Positions 16,942-27,551 of a stretch of 64,000 nucleotides of DNA are shown piece by piece. The notes beneath the pieces were generated by a model. That model saw only the letters and a program-made list of their open reading frames with translations. It was not told the origin of the DNA and searched no databases. The stretch lies in contig OY730476.1 of NCBI GenBank assembly GCA_963422735.1, positions 1,120,001-1,184,000 on the forward strand, given 5' to 3'. Both the position numbers and the translations under genes were made by a program. Numbering within the stretch: position 1 is the stretch's first letter; each line of letters opens with the position of its first letter. The DNA is from Candidatus Latescibacterota bacterium (GTDB lineage: Bacteria > Latescibacterota > UBA2968 > UBA8231).

Positions 16942-19431
16942 ATGAACGACCAATTTGCACCGTTGGATTTGAACGCGGCCTATAACGCTGGCACTGGCAA
17001 TGTTGGGTCCGAAGGTGGCAAACTCTGGCCGGCACCCGACGACGCGCCCGACAATACTCCGCTTGTGGGGCTGCCTTGGGGCGAGCAGCAGTTTTGGGGC
17101 GTGCCCTTTAGCTTGGCGGCCGCAGGTGCTGCTCGGTCCGTGGTGCTGGTGGCGCAAAAGGCCAGCGGCGGGGTGAGCGCGGCGGCGGAAATTCCGATAA
17201 ACGCCAAGGCGCGGCGCATCCTCTATGCCCACGCTTGTGCGCCGGTGCCAAGGGCTTGGGCCACGGTCGAGGGCACGGGCGAGGAGATTGGGACCTATCG
17301 CATCCTTTATATTGACGGCAGCTCGGCCGAGCTGCCGCTGCGCCGCCGCTTTGAAATCCACGACGTGCAGGTGCCTTGGGGGCATCACCCCTTTCTCTGT
17401 CGCAATTGCCGCCACTTCTACTCAGCGCCGCTCGACAGCCGCGAGCACAGCTATGGCATGGTGCAGACCGGAACCTTTACGCACGAGGGCAGCGACCTTG
17501 AGGGTTGGTGGCTCTACGACTGGGAAAATCCCGCGCCCGAGCGGGAAATTGCGGCGATTGTGGTGTCGGCGGCTGGCCCTACGGCCCTGGCCTTGGCTGG
17601 CATTACGCTCTGCCACGAGGAGCGCGATCCCTTTGCTTGGCCGGCGCGGCAGGAGGTGGCACTGCGGGTCGATGCCGAAGGAGCACCCGAAGTGGCCATG
17701 GAGCGCGGCGAAATCGTGCGCCGGGATCAGCTTTGGGTGCCGAGTGCAGATTTTCTCACCTCCGAGGAAGCGGGCTGGGGACGGGGCGGCCAAGAGACGG
17801 TAGCCGGCGGCTATCTGGAAATCCACGGCTCAGCCGCAGGCCAGCTCGCCATCAAGGCGGGGGAAGAGGTCGAAGAACGCTTATCCTGGGGCAAAGTACT
17901 CAAAGAGAAGAAGGTCGCCCAAGGCAAAGTGCATATCGAAGTCGTCTCGCCGGCCGGCAAGCAGTGGGTTCACGTGCGGGTCGAGGACGCGGATACCGGC
18001 CAGCCCGTGGGGACCCGCGTCCACTTCCGCTCCGAGCACGGAGCCTATTTGGCACCGCATGGCCACCAAGCCGACGTCAATGTCGCTTGGTTTGAGGACA
18101 TGGGCGGCGACTGCAAGACCGGGGGCGTCCCCTATGCCTATATCGACGGCACCTGCCAGATCGACTTGCCCATCGGCCCGGTGTATGCCGAGGTCGTGCG
18201 CGGCTTTGAGTACCAGCCGCTGCGCCAGCGGGTCGAGATCAAGCCCGGCCAGCGCGCGCTGACCCTTAAGGTCAAACGCGCCTTTGATATGAAGCAGCGC
18301 GGGTACTATTCGGGGGATACCCACGTGCATTTCCTCTCCTCCCAGTCGGCTCACCTAGAGGCCGAGGGCGAGGACCTCAATGTGGTGCATTTGTTGGCCA
18401 GCCAGTGGGGCCGACTATTTACCTCGTGGGAGGAGTTTACCGGCGGCTTGGCACCGACTAGTAGCGACGAGCATTTGGTTTGGGTTAGCCAAGAGAACCG
18501 GCAGCACGTGCTCGGGCACATCAGCTTGCTCGGTCTCAAGGAACTGGTCGCGCCGATGTGTACTGGTGGGGCTAACGAGGATTGGGTCGGCGGCTCAGTG
18601 GATGCGCTGATGGCCGATTGGGCCGAGGAGTGCAAAAAACAGGGCGGGTTGGTTATTATGCCACACATGCCGCTGCCCGACTTTGAGAACGCAGCCAACA
18701 TCGTCTTGGGCCACGCCGACGCTGGCGAGATGTGCTGGATTTGGGAAGGCGAGAAAATCAGTTCGGCCGAAGAGGGTTACTACCGCTGGCTCAACGTGGG
18801 CCAGAAGCTGCCGATTGTCGGCGGCACCGATAAGATGTCCAACGGCCGCATTTTGGGCGGCTCGCGCACCTATGTCAAGCTCCGCGACGACGAGGAGTTT
18901 ACCTTTGACAACTGGTGCCAGGCCGTGCGACGCGGCCAGACGTTTGCCAGCACCGGCGCGATGATAGACCTAAAGGTCGAGGGCCGGGAGATGGGCGAGG
19001 AAATACACCTGCCCGGCAACGGTGGCACGGTCGAGGTGGTCTCAAGAGCAGAAAGCGTCTGGCCGCTTACCGGGCTGGAGCTTATTTGCAATGGCGAGGC
19101 GGTCGCGCGCGAGGTCGCCGCGCCCGATGCACAGCAGATCGAACTGAAGTTCAAGCTCAAGGCCGAGCGTTCCTGCTGGGTCGCGGCCCGCTGCTGGGGG
19201 TCGCACTACACGGACGCCGGGCCGGTGATGGCCCATTCCTCGCCGGTCTATATCGACGTGGGGCGGCGCTGTGTGTTTGCGCCGGCCGAGGGCAATTATC
19301 TGCTGACGCACCTTGAAGGTGGTATCGCCTGGGCGGAAAGGCTCGGCGTCTTCCGCGACGAGGCGATCCGCCAACGACTAATTGGCCTGTTCAACGAGGC
19401 TCGGGGCGAGCTGCTCCGGCGGATGCAGTAA
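16942..19431 (+). CDS. CehA/McbA-family (PHP-like) metallohydrolase
   Basis: RGFEY, YSGDTHVH, ENRQHVLGH, GGTD, GQTFASTG, AHSSPVY. Confidence 0.8.
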   Translation: MNDQFAPLDLNAAYNAGTGNVGSEGGKLWPAPDDAPDNTPLVGLPWGEQQFWGVPFSLAAAGAARSVVLVAQKASGGVSAAAEIPINAKARRILYAHACAPVPRAWATVEGTGEEIGTYRILYIDGSSAELPLRRRFEIHDVQVPWGHHPFLCRNCRHFYSAPLDSREHSYGMVQTGTFTHEGSDLEGWWLYDWENPAPEREIAAIVVSAAGPTALALAGITLCHEERDPFAWPARQEVALRVDAEGAPEVAMERGEIVRRDQLWVPSADFLTSEEAGWGRGGQETVAGGYLEIHGSAAGQLAIKAGEEVEERLSWGKVLKEKKVAQGKVHIEVVSPAGKQWVHVRVEDADTGQPVGTRVHFRSEHGAYLAPHGHQADVNVAWFEDMGGDCKTGGVPYAYIDGTCQIDLPIGPVYAEVVRGFEYQPLRQRVEIKPGQRALTLKVKRAFDMKQRGYYSGDTHVHFLSSQSAHLEAEGEDLNVVHLLASQWGRLFTSWEEFTGGLAPTSSDEHLVWVSQENRQHVLGHISLLGLKELVAPMCTGGANEDWVGGSVDALMADWAEECKKQGGLVIMPHMPLPDFENAANIVLGHADAGEMCWIWEGEKISSAEEGYYRWLNVGQKLPIVGGTDKMSNGRILGGSRTYVKLRDDEEFTFDNWCQAVRRGQTFASTGAMIDLKVEGREMGEEIHLPGNGGTVEVVSRAESVWPLTGLELICNGEAVAREVAAPDAQQIELKFKLKAERSCWVAARCWGSHYTDAGPVMAHSSPVYIDVGRRCVFAPAEGNYLLTHLEGGIAWAERLGVFRDEAIRQRLIGLFNEARGELLRRMQ

Positions 19432-19473
19432 AACGCTTTACCCACCGACTAATGGTCGGTGAAAGGAGGGACG

Positions 19474-20355
19474 ATGCTCACGCAAGCACAGATCGACGAA
19501 TTCCACCGCAACGGTTTTCTCAACGGCGGGCACACACTCTCCGACGAGGAGCTTGGCGAATTGAGCGACGCGCTCGACGAGATTTTGACCAAAGGCCCGG
19601 ACGGCTTTGCCCCAAGCGAGGCGCAGCCGGTATCCTTCCGCGACCTAGCTGGCGGGGGCGGCGTCAGCGAGCATCCAGTGTGGCAGATCGTCAATATCTG
19701 GGAGGCCGCACCCGCTTGGGAGCGACTGATTTACCACCCGGCTGTCGTCCGGGGGATCAGCCAGCTCACCGGCCATGCCGACCTCCAAGTCTGGCACGAC
19801 CAAATCCAGTACAAACCGGCCCGCTACGGCGGCTCGACCCACTGGCACCAAGACGCGCCCTTGTGGCCGATCATCAAGCCGATGACGCCGGTCTCGGCGT
19901 GGATCCCCTTGGACGACGCGACCGAGGAAAATGGCTGCATGTGGATGGTGCCCGGCAGCCACAAGTGGGGCAATCAGATCGAGTTTTTGCGTACGCAGGG
20001 GGATTTGTCGCTGCTGGCAAACTTCAAGGACTTACAGGGCTTTACCCCGCCAGCCGACGCCGAGATCCGCAAGGTGGAAGCGCGGCCGTGTCCGGTGATG
20101 CGCGGGGAGGTCTCCTTCCACCATTCGCTAACTTGGCACGGCTCGCCCTTTAATCAATCTCATCGGCCGCGCCGCGCCATTGCCATCCACTACATGACCG
20201 GCGCAGCGCACTTCGACCAAAACGGCGAGCACCTTATGAAGCAGTTCGTCGATTTACCCGACAAGGCACCCATGGCCGAGGCTGGCCCGCACTTTCCGGT
20301 GGTGTGTCGAGGTGGCGAGCCGGTAGGGGTGCCAGCGCACTTGCGGGTGTACTAG
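19474..20355 (+). CDS. PhyH-family dioxygenase
   Basis: WHQD, AWIPLDDATEENGCMWMVPGSH, HHSLTWHGS, RRAIAIHY; AAGGAGG RBS. Confidence 0.92.
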   Translation: MLTQAQIDEFHRNGFLNGGHTLSDEELGELSDALDEILTKGPDGFAPSEAQPVSFRDLAGGGGVSEHPVWQIVNIWEAAPAWERLIYHPAVVRGISQLTGHADLQVWHDQIQYKPARYGGSTHWHQDAPLWPIIKPMTPVSAWIPLDDATEENGCMWMVPGSHKWGNQIEFLRTQGDLSLLANFKDLQGFTPPADAEIRKVEARPCPVMRGEVSFHHSLTWHGSPFNQSHRPRRAIAIHYMTGAAHFDQNGEHLMKQFVDLPDKAPMAEAGPHFPVVCRGGEPVGVPAHLRVY

Positions 20356-21569
20356 CCGGACTTTCGAGGAGTGGCTGGCGGCCGGGTAAACACGGCCGAC
20401 CAGTCCATCCGTCCGGTAAACTGCATGGCGGCGAAGAGGGTGGCGATGCACAGGACGGTAATGGCCAAGCCGGTATAGCCGACGAAGAAGAAGGTATAGG
20501 AGAAGAGGACCAAGTAGATGAATTGGGCTAAGCCTATCTCCACCAAGGCCAACCGCAGGCCGACCACGAGCCGCATGTAGGAGACGACCAAGAAAACAGA
20601 CACCGCAGCAGCCACCAAAAAGGCGTAGTGGATGAGCAAGTGGTCGGCTAGGTAGGCCAAAAGCAGGTGAAAGCTGAAGAAGGCCGCGCCGATGAAGAAG
20701 TAATTCATCGGATGAATATCGATACCTTTGACCGTGGCAAAAACAAAGAGAAAAAAGAAAAAGAGAAAGAGAGATATGGGAGCGGCTTGGGTCACGTCTT
20801 TTACCCAAGGGCCTGGATTGAGGCGAGCGGGCATGACCATGCCGAGGGAGGCCCCAGTGAGCAACCGATCGTACTGCCAGGTGAGACGCCAGCCATCGGC
20901 GGTGCGCTCCTTGTGAGTGGGCGACAGGCTTTGGCGCGGGAAGTCGATGGCGTCAAAATCAGTGTGCATGGTCAACTTGAAGTCGGAAACTTGCTCGACG
21001 TGGTCGCCGAAGCGGTACCACCACTCTTCCAACCCCTGTGATTGATAGGCAAGACGTATCTGGCGGCTCTGCCCCGGCACTAAGTGCAATGGCTGTTGCA
21101 GGTGCCCTTCCGCCAGAGGCCGCGGGGCGATGGGTTGGCCGTCGATAGACAGCGTGAAATCGTCGTACACAGCTTGGGAAGTAGGCAGGGCTAGATCGAA
21201 GGTCAGGTCGAGGGGGCGGTCGGTCGCGTTGGTCGCGGTATAGGTGGCGTCTAGGGTCACTTGGTAGGTGGGGTACCACAGCAGGCCTTTGCGGCGGTGT
21301 TCTAGGCGGAGATCGGCCTGGAGGCGGCTGGCTTTTAGGGGCAGGAGGTGCCGCTGTTCTGTCGCTTGGCCGTCGGGAGCCTGTTCTTGAGTGGTCCAGT
21401 ACAGGAGCGGGGCGCGCTGGTACTGGGGGGTACCCCACAACTGACCCACGGCGGCTTTGAGCTTGGTGTCTTGGCGGTGAGTGCGGTGGGAGACGACCTG
21501 TGCCAAGATGAGCCAAGCGACGGTCGTGCAGGCAAAAATAAAGCCGATAGCGGCGATGCGGTACAGCAT
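20352..21569 (-). CDS. creD: CreD-family inner membrane protein
   Basis: N-terminal TM, V.QLWG.PQ, periplasmic domain, IHPMNYFFIG and C-terminal TM bundle ending MDWS. Confidence 0.75.
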   Translation of the reverse strand: MLYRIAAIGFIFACTTVAWLILAQVVSHRTHRQDTKLKAAVGQLWGTPQYQRAPLLYWTTQEQAPDGQATEQRHLLPLKASRLQADLRLEHRRKGLLWYPTYQVTLDATYTATNATDRPLDLTFDLALPTSQAVYDDFTLSIDGQPIAPRPLAEGHLQQPLHLVPGQSRQIRLAYQSQGLEEWWYRFGDHVEQVSDFKLTMHTDFDAIDFPRQSLSPTHKERTADGWRLTWQYDRLLTGASLGMVMPARLNPGPWVKDVTQAAPISLFLFFFFLFVFATVKGIDIHPMNYFFIGAAFFSFHLLLAYLADHLLIHYAFLVAAAVSVFLVVSYMRLVVGLRLALVEIGLAQFIYLVLFSYTFFFVGYTGLAITVLCIATLFAAMQFTGRMDWSAVFTRPPATPRKSG

Positions 21570-21629
21570 GAAATTTTCCTTTATGCGGTTGAACGCTTCG
21601 CCGATAGCTGAAGTTCCACTCCCTAACCA

Positions 21630-21810
21630 TCAGTGCAGTAGGGTCAGCTTGTGCGTCTCGATAACCCCATTGACCGAAAGCACCAGCAGATACGTGCCCA
21701 ACGCTTGGAACTGCCCGGCTTGATCTCAACCGTCCCAGACGAACTGGTATGAACCCGCCGGACGCACCCCCTCTGCGGCCAGCACCCGCACTTGCTACCC
21801 CAGATCATCA
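21630..21810 (-). pseudogene. FlgD Ig-like C-terminal domain remnant
   Basis: DLG*QVRVLAAEGVRPAGSYQFVWDG*DQAGQFQALGTYLLVL...HKLTLLH* with two internal stops. Confidence 0.7.
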
Positions 21811-22379
21811 CTGATGGTGCTGTGATGAGACCAGAAGATGGTATTTACCCCGTCGTTGGGCTCGTTGGTTAGATATATCTATGTCCGTTGTACGCGATAC
21901 TGAGGGCACTCGCATCAATGTTGTCCCAAGAGGCGATAGCACTTCGGATGGCACTCGTCATCGGGGCCAAAGAGCTGAAATCGCTGGAGGGAACCCCATT
22001 TTGAACCTCGCGGAGGACGCATCTCAGAAGAGCTATTTTTTGTTGGCAGGCGGCTTGTCCAACTGAGGTTCGTTATCCCAATTTGGGCTCAAATAACTTC
22101 CTCCTAAGTACGACACTTCCCTAATATGGCATAACCCTCTCCATAGCTACAGCTCCCATCATTCGGTAATATCGGTAATGCATCCTTGTCGGTTAGAGAC
22201 CGCCGCCTTGCAGAAGCGCACGTCGCGAGGTCGGTCGGACGGTAAGATTCTAGACGATATGAACAACTCCGCCCCGGCCAAATCTCTATCAGGGCCGCGC
22301 CGCCCTTCTGGATTCTGGCTTGCGCCGGAACGACGATGGGGTTGTGTTGCCCCTACGGATGCGGATTAGTTGAGTTGCT

Positions 22380-22553
22380 GTTCCTACTTTCGCCCGCGTC
22401 CTGGTTCAGCGAGGCCGACCCAAGGCCGCTGTAACCAAAGTATTCACCACCATCCGGCTAGACCTCGATGTGCTAGCCGCCTTTAAGGCCGATGGCCCCG
22501 GTTGGCAGAGTAAGATCAATCAAGCGATCCGGAAGATTATCGGACTGGAGTAA
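22380..22553 (+). pseudogene. brnA: BrnA-family antitoxin, C-terminal remnant
   Basis: RGRPKAAVTKVFTTIRLDLDVLAAFKADGPGWQSKINQAIR; no start codon or toxin. Confidence 0.75.
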
Positions 22554-22611
22554 GAACGCCCTTGCTAGTGGCTACAAACGGTCCGACTGCCGAGCCGGCG
22601 AACCCGTCCCG

Positions 22612-23823
22612 TTAGGCCGCCAGAATCTTCTCGTACACCTCCATCCGCTCGCCCTCGCGCTCTGCTGGATCGGCCAGCTTGAGCCAGACCGCCTGATCCT
22701 TTTTGCCCGCGGCAACATGCTGCACGGCTCCCGCTTCCTCGGGCTTGATCCCGCTCCAAATCACCTCGCCATCCTGCAAAAAGACATAATGGCCGGCGTG
22801 GGCGTCCCAAATCCGCTCGCAGTGGTCGCGGTAAAAAAGCGCCTGCTCGCTGGCAGTCTGCCGCAGCCGCGCGATCTGCTCCGGTGGATCGGCTTCAGCC
22901 GAGTCAAACTCGGCCACCGGCGGCGTCAAGCCCTCCAGCACAAAGTCGATTTTGTCCAAGTCCACCGTCCCAAAGCCGTGCTCGGCCGCGACTGCCACCG
23001 GGCTGCGGTCGCGGCGGAAGGGCGGCGTCGGCCAATCGAGCCGGGGGTCGGTGCCCATCAGGTACGAGCCGCAGGCGTCGGTGGCAACGACGTGATCGCC
23101 GGCGACCAAGCAGTCGGCGATCCGGCCCTCACCGCCCCACTCCATGCGCGCCTGACCGGTAAGTCCGTCGATGATGTTGAGGCAGGGCTGGGTAATCAGC
23201 CCGAGGTCGGGCAGGACATACGAGAGGCGGACGACGTGGTGGAAGTAGGTGCGCAAGCGGCCGTGCGGCGGAATTGGTGGCAAGCCAAAGAGGTTTTTTA
23301 GGCACAGGGTGATGCCCATGAAGCCGTGGTTTTTCATCTTGGCCAGTGAAACAAAGGCGTCGGCTTCGCCCAAGGCGGCCGAAAGCTGGTATTCGGAAAA
23401 CATGATCCCGCCGCCAGGCACCTTGTAGCGTTCAAAGGGCGGGTCGCCAGCCTCGACGTATTCGACGCCGAATTCCTCCAATATCGGCCCGGCGTTGAAG
23501 TCGTCGCCCGGGCGCTCACCCGGAGGTGCAGCGCTGGTATCTAACGCGAAGATCTCTGCGTCGCTGCGCTCCCGCAAGAGCCGCAGCACTGCCCGCATCG
23601 CGTCGTCGTCCACCAGTTCCTGCCGCCGCCCGCCGACCCGGCGGATATTATTGGTGCGCATCTGCATGTTGATCTTGATGCCGATTCGCCGCGCCTTTGC
23701 GATCTTGGCCCACGATCGGTGCAACGGCGCGGTGATTTCCACCAGCTTGCCGTAGATCTCATCCAGCGACGCTTGATGGCTACAGTGCGTGGCGCGGACG
23801 GTGTAGTCTTTCTGACTGCTCAT
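22612..23823 (-). CDS. DUF362 domain protein
   Basis: IGIKIN, SLAKMKNHGFMGITLCLKNLFG, NIIDGL, DHVVATDA. Confidence 0.8.
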   Translation of the reverse strand: MSSQKDYTVRATHCSHQASLDEIYGKLVEITAPLHRSWAKIAKARRIGIKINMQMRTNNIRRVGGRRQELVDDDAMRAVLRLLRERSDAEIFALDTSAAPPGERPGDDFNAGPILEEFGVEYVEAGDPPFERYKVPGGGIMFSEYQLSAALGEADAFVSLAKMKNHGFMGITLCLKNLFGLPPIPPHGRLRTYFHHVVRLSYVLPDLGLITQPCLNIIDGLTGQARMEWGGEGRIADCLVAGDHVVATDACGSYLMGTDPRLDWPTPPFRRDRSPVAVAAEHGFGTVDLDKIDFVLEGLTPPVAEFDSAEADPPEQIARLRQTASEQALFYRDHCERIWDAHAGHYVFLQDGEVIWSGIKPEEAGAVQHVAAGKKDQAVWLKLADPAEREGERMEVYEKILAA

Positions 23824-23955
23824 CGCTTCTAAATCCTCCTATTGGGAATGGACTCGGACAAGTTGCACACCAAGCCGCCGATTGACAAGGATTGGTGGCA
23901 CTCGTTATGTACCTTTAATATCTAACCTCCATTTCCGCTCTATCAAGGACTAGCC

Positions 23956-26118
23956 GTGTCCAACCTCTGCAGGCAATTTCCTTTCGCCTTTCTTGGCCTC
24001 CTACTCGCCGCCTCTAGTGTCTACCCAGCCGACTGGCCCTCCTGGCGCGGCCCGGCGCAAAACGGCGTCTCCGGGGAGACCGGCCTCGTCGAATCCTGGT
24101 CGTCTATCTGGCGCACCGAATTTACCGGCCGCTCGACCCCCATCGTCCTCGGCGGACGGGTCTTTGTCATCGGCCGCCGCGGCGAGGGCATCGCCCAAGA
24201 GGGCGTCGTCGCCGCCTTCGACGCCCAAGACGGCACCCTACTCTGGGAACGCGCCTACAATGTTTTCCACACCACCATCCCCTTCAACCGCGTCGGCTGG
24301 GCCAGCCTCGCCGGCGACCCGGAGACCAGCTATGTTTATGCCCACACGGTCAGCGGACTGTTCTTTTGCTTCGACCGCGACGGCAAGGTCGTCTGGTCGC
24401 GCTCGCTGACCGAGGAATTCGGGCGTATCTCCGGCTACGGCGGGCGCATCCACACGCCCGTCGTCGATGAAGACCTCGTCATCATCAGCTATCTCAGCTC
24501 CAACTGGGGCCGCCACACTCCGGGCCGCCACCGCTACTTCGCCTTTGACAAGCGCAGCGGCGAAGTCGTCTGGCTCGCCACCCCAGGGGGCCGCCCGCTC
24601 GATACTACGTACTCCGTGCCCGTCGTCGCCACCATAAACGGCGTCCGCCTGCTTATCGGCGGCAACGCCGACGGTTCCATCTATGCGCTGAAAATCCGCA
24701 CCGGCGAAACCGTGTGGGGCTTCAAGCTCAGTCGTCGCGGCATCAACTCTTCGGTCGTCGTTGCCGACGACAAGGTGTACGCGGCCCACAGCGAGGAAAA
24801 CCTCGACAACACGGCTCTCGGCCGCATCGTCTGCATCGACGCCACCGGCCAAGGCGACGTTACGGGTACCCACGAGGTCTGGCGCTACGACGGCGTTTTC
24901 GCCGGTTATACTAGTCCGATCGTCCACGATAGCCGCTTGTACATCATCGACAACTCGGCCAACATCCACGCACTCGACGCCGAGACGGGCCAAGTACACT
25001 GGGTCCATAACATCGGCACCGTCGGCAAGGGATCGCCCGTGTTGGCCGACGGCCGGCTCTACGCGCCAGAGGTCAACGGCCGCTTCGCCATCGTCGCCCC
25101 CGGCCGCACCGCCGCCAAGACCCTCGACCTTGCCGAGATTACAATGCCCGATGGCCGGCCGGCCGAACTGTTCGGCTCGCCAGCCGTAGCCTATGGCCGC
25201 ATCTACCTCTCCACCGAGGCGGGCATTTACTGCTTCGGCGACCCAGAAGCGCAGTTCCAAGCCGTGGCGACCGCTGCCAACTACCCGCGCGAGCAAGCGC
25301 CCCCTGGCGCAACACCGACGCACCTGCAAATCATCCCCGCCGAAGTAGTAGCCCAGCCTCGGGCCCGCGTGTCGTTCCGCGCTCGGGCCTTTGACGCGCA
25401 CGGCCGCCTGATCGGCCCGGTCGCAGCCGAATGGTCGCTCACCGATTCGGTCGGCCAACTCGACGACAATGTGCTCATTCTCGCGGACGCACCCGGCGGC
25501 TGCATGGTCGTCGCCCAAGCCGGCGGATTAGCCGCCGAGGCGCGCATTGCCGTGCTACCGTCGCCGACCTACAGCGAAGACTTTGAAGGTTTTGCCGCCG
25601 ACGCCGCGCCGGCTTGGATCGGCACGGGCAGTAAGTTCAAAGTGCGCGAAATGGAAGGCAACAAGATTCTGGTAAAGCCGCCCGCCGCCCGCGGCTTACA
25701 CCGCGCCAACACCTATTTCGGCGCACCCGACATGGCCGGCTATACTATCCAAGCCGACCTGCTCGGCACCAAGAAGCGCCGCGCTGTCCCCGACATGGGC
25801 CTGATTGCGCATCGCTACACCCTCGATATGATGGGCTACCACCAGCAGTTGCAGATCCGCACTTGGGCCGCCGAATTGCGGATGGCCAAAACCGTGCCCT
25901 TCGCTTGGGAACCCAGCGTCTGGTACACCATGAAGATGCAGGTGGAAATCGAAGGCGATATGGCCTATATCCGCGGCAAAGTCTGGCCCCGCGACGAGCC
26001 GGAGCCAGCCAAGTGGAGCATCCAAGCAGTCGATCCCCTGCCCAACCACAGCGGCAGCCCTGGGATCTACGGTTATTCCCCCGCCGAAATCTACTACGAC
26101 AACCTGAAAGTGTGGTAA
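23956..26118 (+). CDS. Secreted PQQ-like beta-propeller protein with a C-terminal lectin-like domain
   Basis: Signal peptide, DWPSWRGPAQNG, repeated D..TGE..W propeller motifs. Confidence 0.85.
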   Translation: MSNLCRQFPFAFLGLLLAASSVYPADWPSWRGPAQNGVSGETGLVESWSSIWRTEFTGRSTPIVLGGRVFVIGRRGEGIAQEGVVAAFDAQDGTLLWERAYNVFHTTIPFNRVGWASLAGDPETSYVYAHTVSGLFFCFDRDGKVVWSRSLTEEFGRISGYGGRIHTPVVDEDLVIISYLSSNWGRHTPGRHRYFAFDKRSGEVVWLATPGGRPLDTTYSVPVVATINGVRLLIGGNADGSIYALKIRTGETVWGFKLSRRGINSSVVVADDKVYAAHSEENLDNTALGRIVCIDATGQGDVTGTHEVWRYDGVFAGYTSPIVHDSRLYIIDNSANIHALDAETGQVHWVHNIGTVGKGSPVLADGRLYAPEVNGRFAIVAPGRTAAKTLDLAEITMPDGRPAELFGSPAVAYGRIYLSTEAGIYCFGDPEAQFQAVATAANYPREQAPPGATPTHLQIIPAEVVAQPRARVSFRARAFDAHGRLIGPVAAEWSLTDSVGQLDDNVLILADAPGGCMVVAQAGGLAAEARIAVLPSPTYSEDFEGFAADAAPAWIGTGSKFKVREMEGNKILVKPPAARGLHRANTYFGAPDMAGYTIQADLLGTKKRRAVPDMGLIAHRYTLDMMGYHQQLQIRTWAAELRMAKTVPFAWEPSVWYTMKMQVEIEGDMAYIRGKVWPRDEPEPAKWSIQAVDPLPNHSGSPGIYGYSPAEIYYDNLKVW

Positions 26119-27551
26119 TGCCTACAGCTACGCGCAGCCTCATCCTCATCCTCATCCTCGCCCTAACCGCCTCTGCCGGTGCCCAAACCGCGATGTGGGG
26201 TGGCTCGCCTGGGCGCAACCAAGCCTCGGACGAGAAAAACCTGCCCACCACCTGGAACACCGAGACCGGCGAAAACATCCAATGGTACGCCACGCTCGGC
26301 TCGCAGACCTACGGCGGGCCCTTGATCGCTGGCGACAAAATTTTCGTCGGCACCAACAACCAGGCCGAGCGCGACCCCAACCACAAAGGCGATCGCGGTG
26401 TGGTGATGGCCTTTAACCGCGCCGACGGGGCCTTCCTCTGGCAGATCGCCCATCCCAAGCTGCCGGCCGGCCGCGTCAACGACTGGCCGCAGCAGGGCGT
26501 CTGCTCGACTCCTTTTATCTTCGGCGACCGCCTCTACTATGTCTCCAACCGCGCCGAAGTCGTATGCCTCGACACCGAGGGCTTCCGCGACGGCGAGAAC
26601 GACGGCCCCATCGCCGACGAAACCGCCACCGCGCCCACCAACGCGGATCTGATCTGGAAATTCGACATGATCGCCGAGTTGGACGTCTTCCCCCACAACC
26701 TCGCTACCAGCTCGCCGCTGGGCGTGGACGGCCGGCTCTTCGCCCTGACCAGCAACGGCGTGGACGAGGGCCACGTCCACATCCCCGCTCCCTTTGCCCC
26801 CAGCTTCATCGCCCTCGACATGCAGACCGGCAGCCTCCTCTGGGACAGCGACCTGCCCGGCGACCACATTCTGCACGGTCAGTGGTCCAACCCCGCCTAC
26901 GGCGAGGCCGGTGGCCGCAAGCAAGTAATCTTCCCCGGCGGCGACGGTTGGGTCTATGCCCTCGCGCCCGACACCGGCGAGCTGATCTGGAAATTCGACT
27001 GCAACCCCAAGGTTTCGGTCTGGGAATTGGGCGGTCGCGGCACCCGCAACAACCTCGTCTCAACGCCCGTTTTTCACGATGGCGTGGTCTATATAGGCGT
27101 CGGCCAAGACCCCGAGCACGGCGAAGGTGAGGGACACCTGTGGGCCATTGACGCCGGCGGCACCGGCGACATCACCGAGACGGGCGTGGTCTGGCACTTC
27201 GGCGGCGAACACTACAACCGCACCATCTCCACCGTTGCCATTGCCGACGGCCTGCTCTATGCCGCCGACCTAAGCGGCTTTGTCTATTGCCTCGACGCCA
27301 AGACCGGCACCCACCACTGGACTCACGACACATTCGCTGCGGTCTGGGGCTCGCCCTTTGTCGCCGACGGTAAGGTCTATATCGGCGACGAGGATGGCGA
27401 CGTCGATGTGCTCAAAGCTGGCAAAACGCTCGAAGTACTACGCGAAACCAATCTGGGCAGCGCCGTGTACACTACTCCGGTCGCCCGCGACGGCGTACTG
27501 TACATCGCCTCCCGCAACACCCTCTTCGCCATTGCAGAAGAGAGCCAATGA
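26118..27551 (+). CDS. Secreted PQQ-like beta-propeller protein
   Basis: TAATG coupling; signal peptide; MWGGSPGRN, CLDAKTGTHHW, WGSPFVADGKVYIGDEDG. Confidence 0.85.
   Translation: MPTATRSLILILILALTASAGAQTAMWGGSPGRNQASDEKNLPTTWNTETGENIQWYATLGSQTYGGPLIAGDKIFVGTNNQAERDPNHKGDRGVVMAFNRADGAFLWQIAHPKLPAGRVNDWPQQGVCSTPFIFGDRLYYVSNRAEVVCLDTEGFRDGENDGPIADETATAPTNADLIWKFDMIAELDVFPHNLATSSPLGVDGRLFALTSNGVDEGHVHIPAPFAPSFIALDMQTGSLLWDSDLPGDHILHGQWSNPAYGEAGGRKQVIFPGGDGWVYALAPDTGELIWKFDCNPKVSVWELGGRGTRNNLVSTPVFHDGVVYIGVGQDPEHGEGEGHLWAIDAGGTGDITETGVVWHFGGEHYNRTISTVAIADGLLYAADLSGFVYCLDAKTGTHHWTHDTFAAVWGSPFVADGKVYIGDEDGDVDVLKAGKTLEVLRETNLGSAVYTTPVARDGVLYIASRNTLFAIAEESQ

Noticed and set aside
21810-22380. Coding or ncRNA feature in a lower-GC intergenic stretch
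   Set aside because: Only short ORFs without motifs and no convincing structure.
23956-27551. True PQQ-dependent dehydrogenases or BamB
   Set aside because: Only generic propeller repeats; no quinoprotein catalytic motifs or pqq/bam context recognised.
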